From positions 124,001 through 188,000 of the forward strand of contig CAXHJY010001576.1 in assembly GCA_964016885.1 (NCBI GenBank): 64,000 nucleotides of DNA, read 5' to 3'. This stretch comes from Eledone cirrhosa. Taxonomy: Eukaryota. A program made the position numbers and the translations under genes. Shown one piece after another: positions 1-13,569 of this stretch; position 1 is the stretch's first letter, and each line of letters opens with the position of its first letter. The notes under the pieces are model-generated. The model saw only the letters and a list, made by a program, of their open reading frames with translations. It did not search any database and had not been told where the DNA came from.

Positions 1-234
1 ACGACAACAACAACAGCACCAACAACAACAGCACCAACAACAGCAACAACAACACCAACAACAACAACAGCAACAGCACCAACAACAGCAACGTACTCCA
101 TATAAATCTGAAGCCTTGTCTGTGTACGTAAGACACATTTGATGTTGTTTCTTGTATTTGTTTATATCTCTCAGTGGTGGTGGAAATGATTCAATTAGCT
201 GTGATTGAAGGTTTGAGTGCCATACTCCTCCTAC

Positions 235-635
235 TCATCATCATCATCGACATCAAGGAGATGATGAAGATGAAGAAGAAGAAGAAGAAGAAGAAGAAGA
301 AGAAGAAGAAGAAGAAGAAGAAGAAGAAGAGTTGAAAAGATGTAGAAGAAAAAGAAGAAGGTGAAGAATAAAAGGGGGTGGGGGAAGGGAGGAGGAGAAG
401 AAGTAGAAGGAGAAGGAGAAGAAGGAGAAGAAGAAGGAGAAGAAGAAGAAGAATTGAAAAGATGTAGAAGAAAAAAGAAGAAAAGGAGGTGGGGGAAGGG
501 AGGAGAAGAAGAAGAAGGAGAAGAAGGAGAAGAAGAAGGAGAAGAAGGAGAAGAAGAAGAAGAAGAAGAAGAAGAAGAAGAAGAAGAAGAAGGAGAATAA
601 TAACAACAACAACAACAACAACAACAACAATAATA
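235..635. repeat. Compound (GAA)n/(GGAGAA)n/(CAA)n microsatellite with an internal ~120-bp duplication
   Basis: Long GAA runs. The motif ttgaaaagatgtagaagaaaaa...gtgggggaagggagg occurs at ~332 and ~454. Confidence 0.95.
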
Positions 636-789
636 AGAAGAGATGGTGGTTGTGAAGATGGAGAATAGCATGAAAAACAAGCAAATTTGATAAAGGGATA
701 GAGAACGTGCGTTTTTTGTTTGTTTTTTTGTATTTGCATGTGAGTGTATGTATAGAAGGCAACACCAGAAAGATGAAAATGTAGTATAC

Positions 790-828
<39 letters not shown>

Positions 829-1041
829 GATGAAGTAGAATCACGTATGACAATATCATATTTTCCGAATATCAAATGCTATCTAACAATCTAGATTCTA
901 CCAATTCCATACGTCAATGTCCACAGATATCTGACAAACCACAGATATATTTTCAATTAAGGACGGCAATATATTAAGTAATGCAATTAAAATCCAATAA
1001 GTGAACACATTTTCTCTTATATACACATATATATACACCAG

Positions 1042-1403
1042 GTCCAAACACAAAAGAACCAAAGTCCCACTGTCACCGCCTCCGTCTCTCCCGCTCTACT
1101 CATTTTTCACTATTGTGAGCAAATGGGGGTCAATTCACTGGACGCCCCCCCCCCCCCCCCCCTCTCCCCGGCAAAGGCGGACAGTGTAGATACGGCATTT
1201 CCGCTGAGGAAGGTGAGAGAGACATACTGGAAGAGCCATTCCAGCTCGCGAGGCTCACACTTGCGTGTAGCCAACTCTGTGTCGATGGTAGTGAGCAGGG
1301 GAGTGGCCCTAGTGTCAAGGACACCAGATTGATTGATTAGCAGAAACATGGATGTATGGATGGCTGGAGGTTGGATGACACTGCCACGGGCTCGACCACA
1401 AAC
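1042..1403 (-). mobile_element. Decayed 3' fragment of a CRE-like (RLE-type) non-LTR retrotransposon, copy 1
   Basis: Minus strand reads ...LLTTIDTELATRKCEPRELEWLFQYVSLTFLSGNAVSTLS. Homologous to the copies at 10.6, 13.2 and 54.3 kb and resembles the QRISxAIxRGNA C-terminus of CRE-clade ORFs. Confidence 0.7.
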
Positions 1404-1577
1404 AGTAACAACGACAATGACGACGGCAACAGTAATAGAAGAGCAATTACAACAACACAAAAAACAACAAGAGTTTCAACAAGAGAAATTTATCAAGAAC
1501 AACAGCTATAAGATATTTCTAAATTTATCTCAGGATCATAAGTGTATAAGAGACAATTGTAATCACACATACACCAG

Positions 1578-1750
1578 TACCGTATTTCCCGGCGTCGAAG
1601 ACGCTACTTTTTCCCTAAAATATGTGTCAAAAATCTACTATGCATCCTGGAGGCCGAAGGTTGTTTATTATTCTTTTTTCAAAATTTTGGTTGTCAGAAT
1701 TAGGGTGCGTCTTCGAGGACGGAGTGTCTTCGGCAGCGGGAAATAAGGTA
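1578..1750. mobile_element. pogo/Tc1-mariner-like MITE
   Basis: Imperfect ~27-bp TIRs TACCGTATTTCCCGGCGTCGAAGACGC / GTGTCTTCGGCAGCGGGAAATAAGGTA, TA at both ends, and a second copy at 11312. Confidence 0.8.
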
Positions 1751-1913
1751 AATAGACATAAATAATGATATTCTTGAAGAAATTAGTGGACAGCTCCGGA
1801 GGAAGGGACTGTGTCCATGGCAATCAAATGTCTAGAAGAGAGGGTTTTGTTTATGTTCTTCATAGGCCTGGAGAAAGTTAATCAGGGCATGACATCGCAG
1901 GCCTTCAGTCATC

Positions 1914-1979
<66 letters not shown>

Positions 1980-2024
1980 TTATGTATATATATTTATATA
2001 TATTTATGTATATATTTATATATA

Positions 2025-2269
<245 letters not shown>

Positions 2270-2567
2270 CGCGTGTGTGGGTGTGTGTGTTTGGGTTCGT
2301 GATTTATCAGTTTGACAAAAAGAGATCGATGAAATAATTACCAGACTTTAGATATAGAATGCCACTGCCTTGACATGATTACACTACACACACACACACT
2401 CTCTCTCACTCTCTCTCCCTCTCTCTCTCTCCCTCTCTCTCCCGCTCTCTCTCTCTACACACACACATATATATATATATATAGTAAATTAACAGACTTA
2501 TACATGCATGTGCATGTGATGTGTTTGTGAGTGTATACATTCCTACATACATGTAACCAAACAGTGA

Positions 2568-2820
2568 GTGGGCAGTCTCAGTAAAGGGTTGGACGCCATG
2601 CTTTCTAGCATAGTTACGTCCCTTTGTGGTTTGAGTTCAAATCCCGTCGAGGTTGACTTTGCCTTTCATCCTTATGGGGTCGATAAAATAAAGTACCAGT
2701 AATGCACTGGGTATTTGCTGGCCTTGTGCCAAAAGTAGAAACAATTAATATTTCTGACAATATTATAACAGTAATGAACTGGGTTATTGCTGGCCTTGTG
2801 CCTAGAGTAGAAACAAATAT
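2568..2820 (+). mobile_element. tRNA-derived SINE (family 1) plus duplicated 3' tail
   Basis: B-box gagttcaaatccc, central gcctttcatccttatggggtcgataaaataaagtaccag, and tail ctggccttgtgccaaaagtagaaacaatt repeated at ~2770-2820. Confidence 0.9.
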
Positions 2821-2866
2821 TATAACAATATGACCCTCCCCAAATATAACAGTATATATATATATA

Positions 2867-3062
2867 TAGGAAAATGTTGAAGTCCTCGACGGCAGAGCTC
2901 AAGTCGTTTCGACTGCATTTTCTGTAAATAGCCGTCGAAACGGCTCGAGCTCTGCCGTCGGGGTCTTGAACATTTTCCTATTACCCACTCTACTACCCTA
3001 CGTATTGAGTACCCTGGTGCGTTATAGTCCACCTGGCTCCTTACCACACTTTCTTCGTTATA
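2867..3062. mobile_element. (TA)n-flanked repeat family A with a 50-bp-arm fold-back
   Basis: 2867-2916 is the near reverse complement of 2930-2980 with a ~14-nt loop. A unique tail follows and ends at TA. Confidence 0.85.
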
Positions 3063-3129
3063 TACAGGCTGCGGACGATATTTGTTCGCAATTTTCAACT
3101 GCTTATTTTATGCAAATTTTTTTTATATA

Positions 3130-3206
<77 letters not shown>

Positions 3207-3579
3207 ATGTATGTGCATATATGCATTAGTGGTATTTTCAAATGTGCTCATCTATGTGAATATAGATATGCACGTGCCTGACATATTTTCCCCATGTCAG
3301 CAACAGAAATAGGTCAACACTGTGCCATACACCAGCCCAGCCCAGCCCAGCCCATAAGAACTTATGGCACAATGCTGCAGGCACATGTATATAGCATTAT
3401 ATTTCGAGATGAGAAGGTTTTTAATACAGTAGGTTAAATCACCTGCTTTCTTTGCAAACCAATCATACCATACACCTCTCATACTGTACACCACTCAATC
3501 TATGAATTACCCATACTGTACTCTACTACTGTTCTTAATCTGTACCACTGCACACCAAAACTAGTACCACTGCACACCA

Positions 3580-3684
3580 ATACCACCACCACCACCACCA
3601 CCACCACCAACAACACAACAACAACATACCACACACACACACCACCACCACCACCACCACCAACATACGACCGCCACAACCACC

Positions 3685-3715
<31 letters not shown>

Positions 3716-4010
3716 GCAACAACAACATCAGCAACAACAACTACAACATACCACCACCACCACCACCGCCGCCACAACAACAACAACAACAACAACAACA
3801 TACCACCACCACCACCACCACCACAACACCAACAATAACAACAACATACCACCACCACCACCACCGCCACCACCACAACAACAACAACAACAACATACCA
3901 CCACCACCACCACCACCACCACCACCACCACCACCACCACCACAACACCAACAATAACAACAACATACCACCACCACCATCACCACCACCACCAACAACA
4001 ACACCACATA
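3580..4010. repeat. (CAC)n/(CAA)n compound microsatellite
   Basis: Alternating CAC and CAA runs punctuated by catac. Confidence 0.95.
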
Positions 4011-4084
4011 TGTACGCCACACATACTACACATACTACCATTACTATACATAAGCCCCTGGTCTACAGCAACACCATTGCTTTA

Positions 4085-6316
4085 CACCACCAACGCCAAC
4101 ACTACCCTATATGAACACACATCACAATTATATACCATCACTAGTCTGTACTGATACCACCACAAACTATACACCACACCAACACTAACGCCAACATCAG
4201 CACTACACTGCCCTATATGAACACACATCACAATTATATACCATCACTAGTCTGTACTGATACCACCACAAACTATACACCACACCAACACCAACGCCAA
4301 CATCAGCACTACACTACCCTATATGAACACACATCACAATTATATACCATCACTAGTCTGTACTGATACCACCACAAACTATACACCACACCAACACTAA
4401 CGCCAACATCAGCACTACACTACCCTATATGAACACACATCACAATTATATACCATCACTAGTCTGTACTGATACCACCACAAACTATACACCACACCAA
4501 CACTAACGCCAACATCAGCACTACACTACCCTATATGAACACACATCACAATTATATACCATCACTAGTCTGTACTGATACCACCACAAACTATGCACCA
4601 CACCAACACTAACGCCAACATCAGCACTACACTACCCTATATGAACACACATCACAATTATATACCATCACTAGTCTGTACTGATACCACCACAAACTAT
4701 ACACCACACCAACACCAACGCCAACATCAGCACTACACTACCCTATATAAACACACATCACAATTATATACCATCACTAGTCTGTACTGATACCACCACA
4801 AACTATACACCACACCAACACTAACGCCAACATCAGCACTACACTACCCTATATGAACACACATCACAATTATATACCATCACTAGTCTGTACTGATACC
4901 ACCACAAACTATACACCACACCAACACTAACGCCAACATCAGCACTACACTACCCTATATGAACACACATCACAATTATATACCATCACTAGTCTGTACT
5001 GATACCACCACAAACTATACACCACACCAACACTAACGCCAACATCAGCACTACACTGCCCTATATGAACACACATCACAATTATATACCATCACTAGTC
5101 TGTACTGATACCACCACAAACTATACACCACACCAACACTAACGCCAACATCAGCACTACACTACCCTATATAAACACACATCACAATTATATACCATCA
5201 CTAGTCTGTACTGATACCACCACAAACTATACACCACACCAACACTAACGCCAACATCAGCACTACACTACCCTATATGAACACACATCACAATTATATA
5301 CCATCACTAGTCTGTACTGATACCACCACAAACTATACACCACACCAACACTAACGCCAACATCAGCACTACACTACCCTATATGAACACACATCACAAT
5401 TATATACCATCACTAGTCTGTACTGATACCACCACAAACTATACACCACACCAACACTAACGCCAACATCAGCACTACACTGCCCTATATGAACACACAT
5501 CACAATTATATACCATCACTAGTCTGTACTGATACCACCACAAACTATACACCACACCAACACTAACGCCAACATCAGCACTACACTACCCTATATAAAC
5601 ACACATCACAATTATATACCATCACTAGTCTGTACTGATACCACCACAAACTATACACCACACCAACACTAACGCCAACATCAGCACTACACTACCCTAT
5701 ATGAACACACATCACAATTATATACCATCACTAGTCTGTACTGATACCACCACAAACTATACACCACACCAACACTAACGCCAACATCAGCACTACACTA
5801 CCCTATATGAACACACATCACAATTATATACCATCACTAGTCTGTACTGATACCACCACAAACTATACACCACACCAACACTAACGCCAACATCAGCACT
5901 ACACTACCCTATATAAACACACATCACAATTATATACCATCACTAGTCTGTACTGATACCACCACAAACTATACACCACACCAACACTAACGCCAACATC
6001 AGCACTACACTACCCTATATGAACACACATCACAATTATATACCATCACTAGTCTGTACTGATACCACCACAAACTATACACCACACCAACACTAACGCC
6101 AACATCAGCACTACACTACCCTATATGAACACACATCACAATTATATACCATCACTAGTCTGTACTGATACCACCACAAACTATACACCACACCAACACT
6201 AACGCCAACATCAGCACTACACTACCCTATATAAAGACACATCACAATTATATACCATCACTAGTTTGTACTGATACCACCACAAACTATACACCACACC
6301 AACACTAACTCCAACA
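4085..6316. repeat. 106-bp tandem repeat, ~21 near-identical copies
   Basis: The marker ctagtctgta recurs at 4141, 4247, 4353 ... 6261, a period of 106. Confidence 0.97.
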
Positions 6317-6539
6317 ACTTCCATAATGTCGACTCTGATTCCAGTTCTAACCCCAACCCCCTTTTTCCACCAACTTTCCCCCCAGTCCATATTGCTATTT
6401 CTGCTCCTATTTCGACCGAGTTATGACAACTCCCTTTAACAAAAGACTAATGGGTTCCATTAAGCCGGCAAACCATTTTAGTGTTCTTGTAGCCAGAGCA
6501 ATGTTAGCGACTTTATCAACACAGCAGCAATGGTTGTTG

Positions 6540-6675
6540 CAACAGCAGTAGCAAAAATAGTAACACCACCACCACCACCACCACCACCACCACCAGAACC
6601 ACTACCAGCACCATCACCACCACCACCACCACCACCACTACCACCACCATCACCGACACAAACATCATAACCACC

Positions 6676-6707
<32 letters not shown>

Positions 6708-6876
6708 CAGCAACACCAACAACACCAGCACCAGCACCACCACCACCACCGCCACCAGCACCAGCACCAGCACCACCACCACCAACAACAACAACACCAG
6801 CACCACCACCATCAACAACAACAACAACAACACCACCACCAGCACCAGCACCACCACCACCAGCACCACCACCAGC

Positions 6877-6907
<31 letters not shown>

Positions 6908-7000
6908 CCAGCACCACCACCACCACCACCATCAACAACAACACCACCAACAATAATGACAACGACAACGACAATGGCAATAACAGCAGCAGCAACAGAC
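6540..7000. repeat. (CAC/CAG/CAA)n compound microsatellite
   Basis: Trinucleotide runs seen directly. Confidence 0.95.
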
Positions 7001-7029
7001 GACATTAAAATATATCAATAGCATCATCA

Positions 7030-7062
7030 TCAGCAATAGTAGCAGCTACAGTGATAGTAGAT

Positions 7063-7117
<55 letters not shown>

Positions 7118-7177
7118 AAGTAGTAGTAGTAGTAGAAGCAGCAGCAGTAGCAGCTACAGTGAAAGTAGAAGTAGGAA

Positions 7178-7228
<51 letters not shown>

Positions 7229-7317
7229 AAGTAGCAGCAGTAGCAGCTACAGTGACAGTAGAAGTAGTAGTAGTAGTAGTAGTAATAGAATCAGCAGCAG
7301 TAGCAGCTACAGTGACA

Positions 7318-7387
<70 letters not shown>

Positions 7388-7429
7388 AAGCAGCAGCAGT
7401 AGCAGCTACAGTGAAAGTAGAAGTAGGAA

Positions 7430-7482
<53 letters not shown>

Positions 7483-7561
7483 ATAGTAATAGTATTATTA
7501 ACAGGAATTGCTACGAGGAGCTGAATTGGTTAACAACAGCAGTAGCATAAGCAACAGCATA

Positions 7562-7593
<32 letters not shown>

Positions 7594-7733
7594 CAATAGA
7601 AGCAGCAGTAGCAGAAGCAGCAGTAGCAGAAGCAGCAGCAGTGGCAGCAGTAGAAGCAGCACCAGCAGTAGTAGTAGTAGCAGTAGAAAAAAGCAACAAC
7701 ATCAACAAAAACAGCAACAGCAGCAGCAGCAGT

Positions 7734-7765
<32 letters not shown>

Positions 7766-8920
7766 TAAAAGAAGTAGCAGCTGGAATAATTGCAGCAACG
7801 ATAGCAGCTGCAGCAGTAACTGCAGTAACAACAGCAGCATGGAACATTTGCAGCGAACACAGCAGTAGCAGCAGTAGCAGCAGGATGCATTGCAGAAAGA
7901 AGAGCAGTAGTATATGCAGTAGCTGCAGGATAAATTGCAACAGCAGAAGTAAGGGCAGGGACAACAGTAACCACATGCAGTGCAGGATAAATTGCAGCAA
8001 GAACAGCAGCACCAGCAGTAGCAGAAGGAGACATATTAGTAGCAACAGCAGCAGCAGCAGTAGTAGCAGCAGTAGGTAAAGTATAAATTGCAGCAACAGC
8101 AGCAACAGTAGCAACAGCTGCAAAAGCTGCGGGGTAAATTGTAGCAACAGCAGCAACATGAGTAGCAACTGTAGCAGCAGCAGTAGTAGCAGCAGTAGGT
8201 AAAGTATAAATTGCAGCAACAGCAGCAATATTAGTAGCAACTGTAGCAGCAGTAGTAGTAGCAGCAGTAGGTAAAGTATAAATTGCAGCAACAGCAGCAA
8301 CAGTAGCAACAGCAGCAGCAGCAGTAGTAGCAGCAGTAGGTAAAGTATAAATTGCAGCAACAGCAGCAATATTAGTAGCAACAGCAGCAGCAGCAGTAGT
8401 AGCAGCAGTAGGTAAAGTATAAATTGCAACAACAGCAGCAACAGTAGCAACAGCAGCAGCAGCAGTAGTAGCAGCAGTAGGTAAAGTATAAATTGCAGCA
8501 ACAGCAGCAATATTAGTAGCATCAGCAGCAGTAGTAGCAGCAGTAGGTAAAGCATAAATTGCAGCAACAGCAGCAATATTAGTAGCAACAGCAGCAGCAG
8601 CAGCAGCAGTAGTAGCAGCAGTAGGTAAAGTATAAATTGCAGCAACAGCAGCAACAGTAACAACAGCTGCAAAATCTGCGGGGTAAATTGTAGCAACAGC
8701 AGCAACAAGAGTATAGATAGTACCTGCAGTATCTGCAGGATGGATTGCAGCAACATCAGCAACAGTGACAGTAGCAACAGCAGCTGCAAGATAAATTGCA
8801 GCAGCGAAAGCTGGAATAGGTCTAACTTCAGGAATAATTGCAGCGATAATAGTAGCAGCAGCAGCAGCAGTAGTAGTAATAGTAGTAGTAGTTGTAGTAG
8901 TAGTAGTAGTAGTAGTAGTT

Positions 8921-8953
<33 letters not shown>

Positions 8954-9091
8954 ATAGTAGTAGTAGTAGTAGTAGCAGCAGCAGTAAAAGTAGTAGTAGT
9001 AGCAACAATAGTAATAGTAGTACTAGTACTAGCAGCAGTAGCAGTAGTAGTAGTAGTAGTAGTAGCAGAGCAGCAGTAGTAGTAGTATTAA

Positions 9092-9132
<41 letters not shown>

Positions 9133-9191
9133 ACAGTAGTAGTAGTAGCAGCAATAGTAATAGTAGTACTAGTACTAGCAGCAGTAGCAGC

Positions 9192-9223
<32 letters not shown>

Positions 9224-9375
9224 CAGAGCAGCAGTAGTAGTAGTAGTAATAGTAGTAGTAGTAGTAGTAATAGTAGTAGTAGTAGTAGTAGTAGTAGCAG
9301 CAGCAGTAACAGTAGTACTAATACTAGCAGCAGTAGCAGCAGTAGTAGTAGTAGTAGTAGCAGAGCAGCAGCAGC

Positions 9376-9418
<43 letters not shown>

Positions 9419-9510
9419 ATAGTAGTAGTAGTAGTAATAGTAGTAGCAGCAGCAGTAACAGTAGTAGTAGTAGCAACAATAGTAATAGTAGTACTAGTAC
9501 TAGCAGCAGT

Positions 9511-9591
<81 letters not shown>

Positions 9592-9620
9592 TCCAGCACT
9601 AATAGTAGCAGTAGTACTAG
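7030..9620. repeat. (AGT)n/(AGC)n microsatellite field containing degenerate ~60-70-bp minisatellite units
   Basis: Recurrent anchors gcagtagcagctacagtga (7040-7420) and aggtaaagtataaattgcagcaacagcagc (~8070-8650). Confidence 0.93.
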
Positions 9621-9621
9621 T

Positions 9622-9888
9622 TCAAGATGTCTATACAGTGTAGTTCCCAAAGCTGTTTTGTTATATGCTGTTGAGTTGGTGTAAGTTTCTTTCAGTAGGT
9701 TGATGTATTTTTTGTTAATTGAGGTCTTGTTTAAGAGTTGCCACAAGCTGGATAGTTTCACGTTGTCAAAAGCCTTTGTGAAGTCAATGAAGGTGATGTG
9801 CACAGGGTTGTTGAATTCTATTGATTTCTCAATGATTTGTTCAATAGCTAGGATCTGCTCAATGGTGCTTCTTCCAGGTTGATACGCA
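9622..9888 (-). mobile_element. LINE reverse-transcriptase fragment (RTE-like)
   Basis: Minus strand encodes AYQPGRSTIEQILAIEQIIEKSIEFNNPVHITFIDFTKAFDNVKLSSLWQLL, the canonical non-LTR RT GFRxGRST...FIDFxKAFD motifs. Confidence 0.9.
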
Positions 9889-9912
9889 GTTTTTGTATCT
9901 GTATCAGTATCA

Positions 9913-10210
9913 GTGAGCGGCTCAACATTACCAGACCTAGACCAATTACATCAATTGTCAAGTAAAGAGTACTCAAACTATACGATCATATAAAAAAGAT
10001 CAACTCGTAGTGTGAGTAGGTTATGCCTGGAAGGAAGGTTGGCTGGTAAGAGAAGCAGAGGCCGGCTGCCAAAACGATGGCTTGATAATGTCAACCTATG
10101 GACTGGACTTGATCTATGCTCTTTGAACGCTGCTGTTGGTGATTGAACTTTGTGGAGAAAAATATCTCATGTTGATGCGCAGTTTACAACTGGCGGAGTT
10201 TAGCGTCAAA
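9913..10210 (+). mobile_element. RTE-like LINE C-terminus / 3' end running into (AGT)n
   Basis: Plus strand encodes RVLKLYDHIKRS...LCLEGRLAGKRSRGRLPKRWLDNV...LWRKIS with in-frame stops, matching the RTE-type GxRxRGRPxxRWxD motif. Confidence 0.8.
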
Positions 10211-10219
10211 GTAGTAGTA

Positions 10220-10283
<64 letters not shown>

Positions 10284-10580
10284 GAGGAGGAGGAGGAGGA
10301 AGATGATGAGGAGGAGGAGGATGAGGAGGAGGAGGAGGGGAAGAGTAGAATATACCAGCTGGAGCAAAATGACAGTAACGACAAAGTGAATAGCAGTAGT
10401 GAGTTGAAATGTCAGTATTAGCTTTGAAATGCTGAACCAACCCCAGTAGCCATGACAGTAGCAGTTAATTCCTTTGGGTTAACTTCGATATCAATTGCTC
10501 AAATATTGATAGAATAGTGTTTCATTAGACAGCTGGGGTAGTGATATGGTTTCAGTATCAACAGCAACATAGAATTGATA

Positions 10581-10744
10581 AAAGAGCCAAACTCCCACTC
10601 TCTCCATCTCTCTCGCCCCCCCCTCCATCTCTCTGCATTATGAGCAAATAGGGTCCCACGTGCTGGCCGCCCCACGGCACCGGCGGACAGAATGGAGAAG
10701 GCGTTTCCCCGGAGGATGGTAAGGGAGATGCGCTGGAAGAGCCA
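10581..10744 (-). mobile_element. CRE-like LINE 3' fragment, copy 2
   Basis: ggacagaatggagaaggcgtttccccggaggatggtaagggagatgcgctggaagagcca is WLFQRISLTILRGNAFSILS on the minus strand. Confidence 0.75.
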
Positions 10745-11164
10745 GTAGAAGCAGAAGCTACTTCAGCCCAGACAACAACAACAACAACAACAGCAACAAC
10801 AACGACGCCGACGACGACGACAATGACAACAACAACCACATCAATGGCAACAACAACAACAACAACAACAATGACAACAAGCAAAACGGATAGCAGCAAA
10901 AAAACAAACAACAACAACCAACACGTGTTACCGGAAGCAATAGCTAAACTATTACAAAAGAGTTCCGTCAGTTTATAAGGAAACATTTCAATATTGTAAA
11001 CTAATGTGAACTTGAATTAAACATACATTTGAGGCAAGACAATAGAGTGGATGGGATGAACTACCTTAAAATGAACCGACATTAATACCATACTGCACTA
11101 AACTCACATTATACCACACTACATTAACACCATACTACACTGTAGCAACACAATACTACACTGA

Positions 11165-11300
11165 GTGGCGAGGTTCAGTGGTTAAAATTTCGGCTCACTA
11201 TCGTAAGTTCATGAATTCAATTTCCGGCTGCGGGTTTTGTCCTTGAACAAGATACTTTATTTCACGTAATTTCACTCCACTCATTTTGAAAAAAAAAATG
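11165..11300 (+). mobile_element. SINE family 2, truncated
   Basis: tRNA-like head (cagtggttaa...gaattcaatttcc) plus tgtccttgaacaagatactttatttcacg, shared with the copies at 24.9, 59.7 and 61.0 kb. Confidence 0.75.
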
Positions 11301-11311
11301 AATTCTATCAC

Positions 11312-11417
11312 TACCGTATTTCCCGGCGCCTAAGACGCTTCGTCCTCGAGGACGCACCCTAATTTTGACAACCAAAAATTTGAAAAAATATAATAAACAA
11401 CCTTCGTCCTCCAGGAG
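11312..11417 (-). mobile_element. Half copy of the pogo-like MITE at 1578-1750
   Basis: Reverse complement of ~1645-1750. Begins taccgtatttcccggcg. Confidence 0.85.
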
Positions 11418-11536
11418 CAACAACAACAAAAACAATAACAAAAAAGTTGAACCGACGACATAAATAATACCATATACAACAACAGTAAAACTAAACAGCA
11501 AGAAAACAGACAGATGCAGTAACAACAACAGCAATA

Positions 11537-11725
11537 ATTGTTTCAACTTTAGGCACAAGGCCAGCAATAACCCAGTACATTACCTGGTACTTTATTTTAT
11601 CGACCCCGTAAGGATGAAAGGCAAAGTTAACCTCGGCGAGATTTGAACTCAGATCATAAAGGGAAGTAACTCTATGCTTCAAAGCATGGTGTCCGACTCT
11701 CTACCGATACTGCCAATCCACCGCA
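11537..11725 (-). mobile_element. SINE family 1
   Basis: Full-length match to the family consensus. Confidence 0.92.
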
Positions 11726-11787
11726 ACGTTAATTATTTACAAGAAGAGTAGCAGTGACATCCAACACAGTAACTGCAACTGAACTAT

Positions 11788-12275
11788 AACAGTAGTGAAG
11801 ACTGCCATTGCAATAGTAACAGTAGTGAAGACTGCCATTGCAATAGTAACAGTAGTGAAGACTGCCATTGCAATAGTAACAGTAGTGAAGACTGCCATTG
11901 CAATAGTAACAGTAGTGAAGACTGCCATTGCAATAGTAACAGTAGTGAAGACTGCCATTGCAATAGTAACAGTAGTGAAGACTGCCATTGCAATAGTAAC
12001 AGTAGTGAAGACTGCCATTGCAATAGTAACAGTAGTGAAGACTGCCATTGCAATAGTAACAGTAGTGAAGACTGCCATTGCAATAGTAACAGTAGTGAAG
12101 ACTGCCATTGCAATAGTAACAGTAGTGAAGACTGCCATTGCAATAGTAACAGTAGTGAAGACTGCCATTGCAATAGTAACAGTAGTGAAGACTGCCATTG
12201 CAATAGTAACAGTAGTGAAGACTGCCATTGCAATAGTAACAGTAGTGAAGACTGCCATTGCAATAGTAACAGTAG
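11788..12275. repeat. Perfect 30-bp minisatellite x16 (agtagtgaagactgccattgcaatagtaac)
   Basis: Identical units from 11791 to 12270. Confidence 0.98.
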
Positions 12276-12397
12276 CTAAATGTTCAGGTGTAATTGCCTG
12301 AAGAACAAATGCATTATCAATAGCAATATATAATGACAACAGTAATGTCAAATTAGGGTAGAAGTAGGGTAGCTGTCTTTAGACGATAGAGTTAATA

Positions 12398-12860
12398 ATG
12401 GTTTCTGATTTAGGCACAAGGCCAGCAATGTTTTGGGGTGGGAGGGGAAGTTGATTAAAACGACCCAGTGTATGACAGGTACTTTATTTTATCGACCAGT
12501 AAGGAATAAAGGTAAAGCTAACCTCGGTGGAATTTGAACTCATAACGTAAAGGGCAGTAAATCTATACCACGAAGCATGTTTCCCGACGCTCTACCGATT
12601 CTTGCCAATACACATAGACTTAATAATAGTTTCTACTTTTGGCACAAGGCCAACAATTATTCCAGTGGATTACAGGTACTTTATTTTATCGACCAGTAAG
12701 GAATAAAGGTAAAGCTAACCTCGGTCGGATTTGATCTCAGAACGTAAAGAGCAGTACTCTATGCCACGAAGCATGTTGCCGGACGCTCTACCGATTCTTG
12801 CCAATCCACATAGAGTTAATAATAGTTTCTACTAGAAAAGCTAACCTCGGCAGATTTGCT
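12398..12860 (-). mobile_element. Tandem SINE family 1 copies (long variant, short variant, fragment)
   Basis: Two full copies sharing the variant gaccagtaaggaataaaggtaaagc, separated by ataga(g/c)ttaataat. Confidence 0.9.
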
Positions 12861-13226
12861 CCAAAGGATAGTTATTGACCTGGTCATTTATGCTTTCCCC
12901 TCATATTCTAAAATACAGCTGGCGTTATAATGCTGCAAAATATCGTAGTAGTCGGACAATCACCACAATTTCTATTTAGTTGGCCCCTTTTACTCAGTAT
13001 ATTCTGCCTGCCTTAATTGCCAGATTTGCGCCAATAGATGGATTCTTTCGGTATTGATTAATATATCAACAGTTTGACTGACAGAACCTGAGGGGTTTAA
13101 CTGTTAAAAATATACAGCTCTCAGCTTTTTACATACACACATAACATCTATATACGAAAGCTAACTTTGATAGTCACCAGTCGATGGGCAACTAGAAACA
13201 AACCAAATTCCAAGTGCTTTCCAATT

Positions 13227-13549
13227 TGTCTGAACACGGAAGAACCGAACTCCCATTGCCATCGGCTCCATCTCTCTAGCCCTCCCCATCTCTCTGTATT
13301 ATGAGCAAATGGGGTCCCACGTGCTGGCCGCCCCACGGCGCCGGTGGACAGAATGAAGAAGGCGTTTCCCCGGAGGATGGTATGGGAGTTGCGCTGGAAG
13401 AGCCATTCCACTCGCGAGGCTCACACCTGCAGCTGGTCAGCTCAGTGCCTATGGTGGTGAGTAGGGAGGTAGCCCAGATGTCTCCACTGCCAAGGGCACG
13501 ACCGCAAACCTGTCGGAGAGCGACCGGTACTTGGAGAGTTTGGTCTCCT
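13227..13549 (-). mobile_element. CRE-like LINE 3' fragment, copy 3
   Basis: Minus strand reads KLSKYRSLSDRFAVVPLAVETSG...EWLFQRNSHTILRGNAFFILS, with frameshifts. Confidence 0.78.
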
Positions 13550-13569
13550 GTTTGAAACTTACAGCAAAC

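Noticed and set aside
4085-6316. Tandem RNA-gene array (5S/tRNA/SL) or retrozyme array
   Set aside because: No A/B/C boxes, Sm site or hammerhead core recognised in the unit (ctgata is not followed by GA or a GAAA).
7530-9008. 492-aa Leu-rich ORF
   Set aside because: It is the translation of (CTG/CTA)n repeats.
11788-12275. CRISPR-like 30-bp repeat array
   Set aside because: The units are contiguous with no spacers, there are no cas genes, and the context is eukaryotic.
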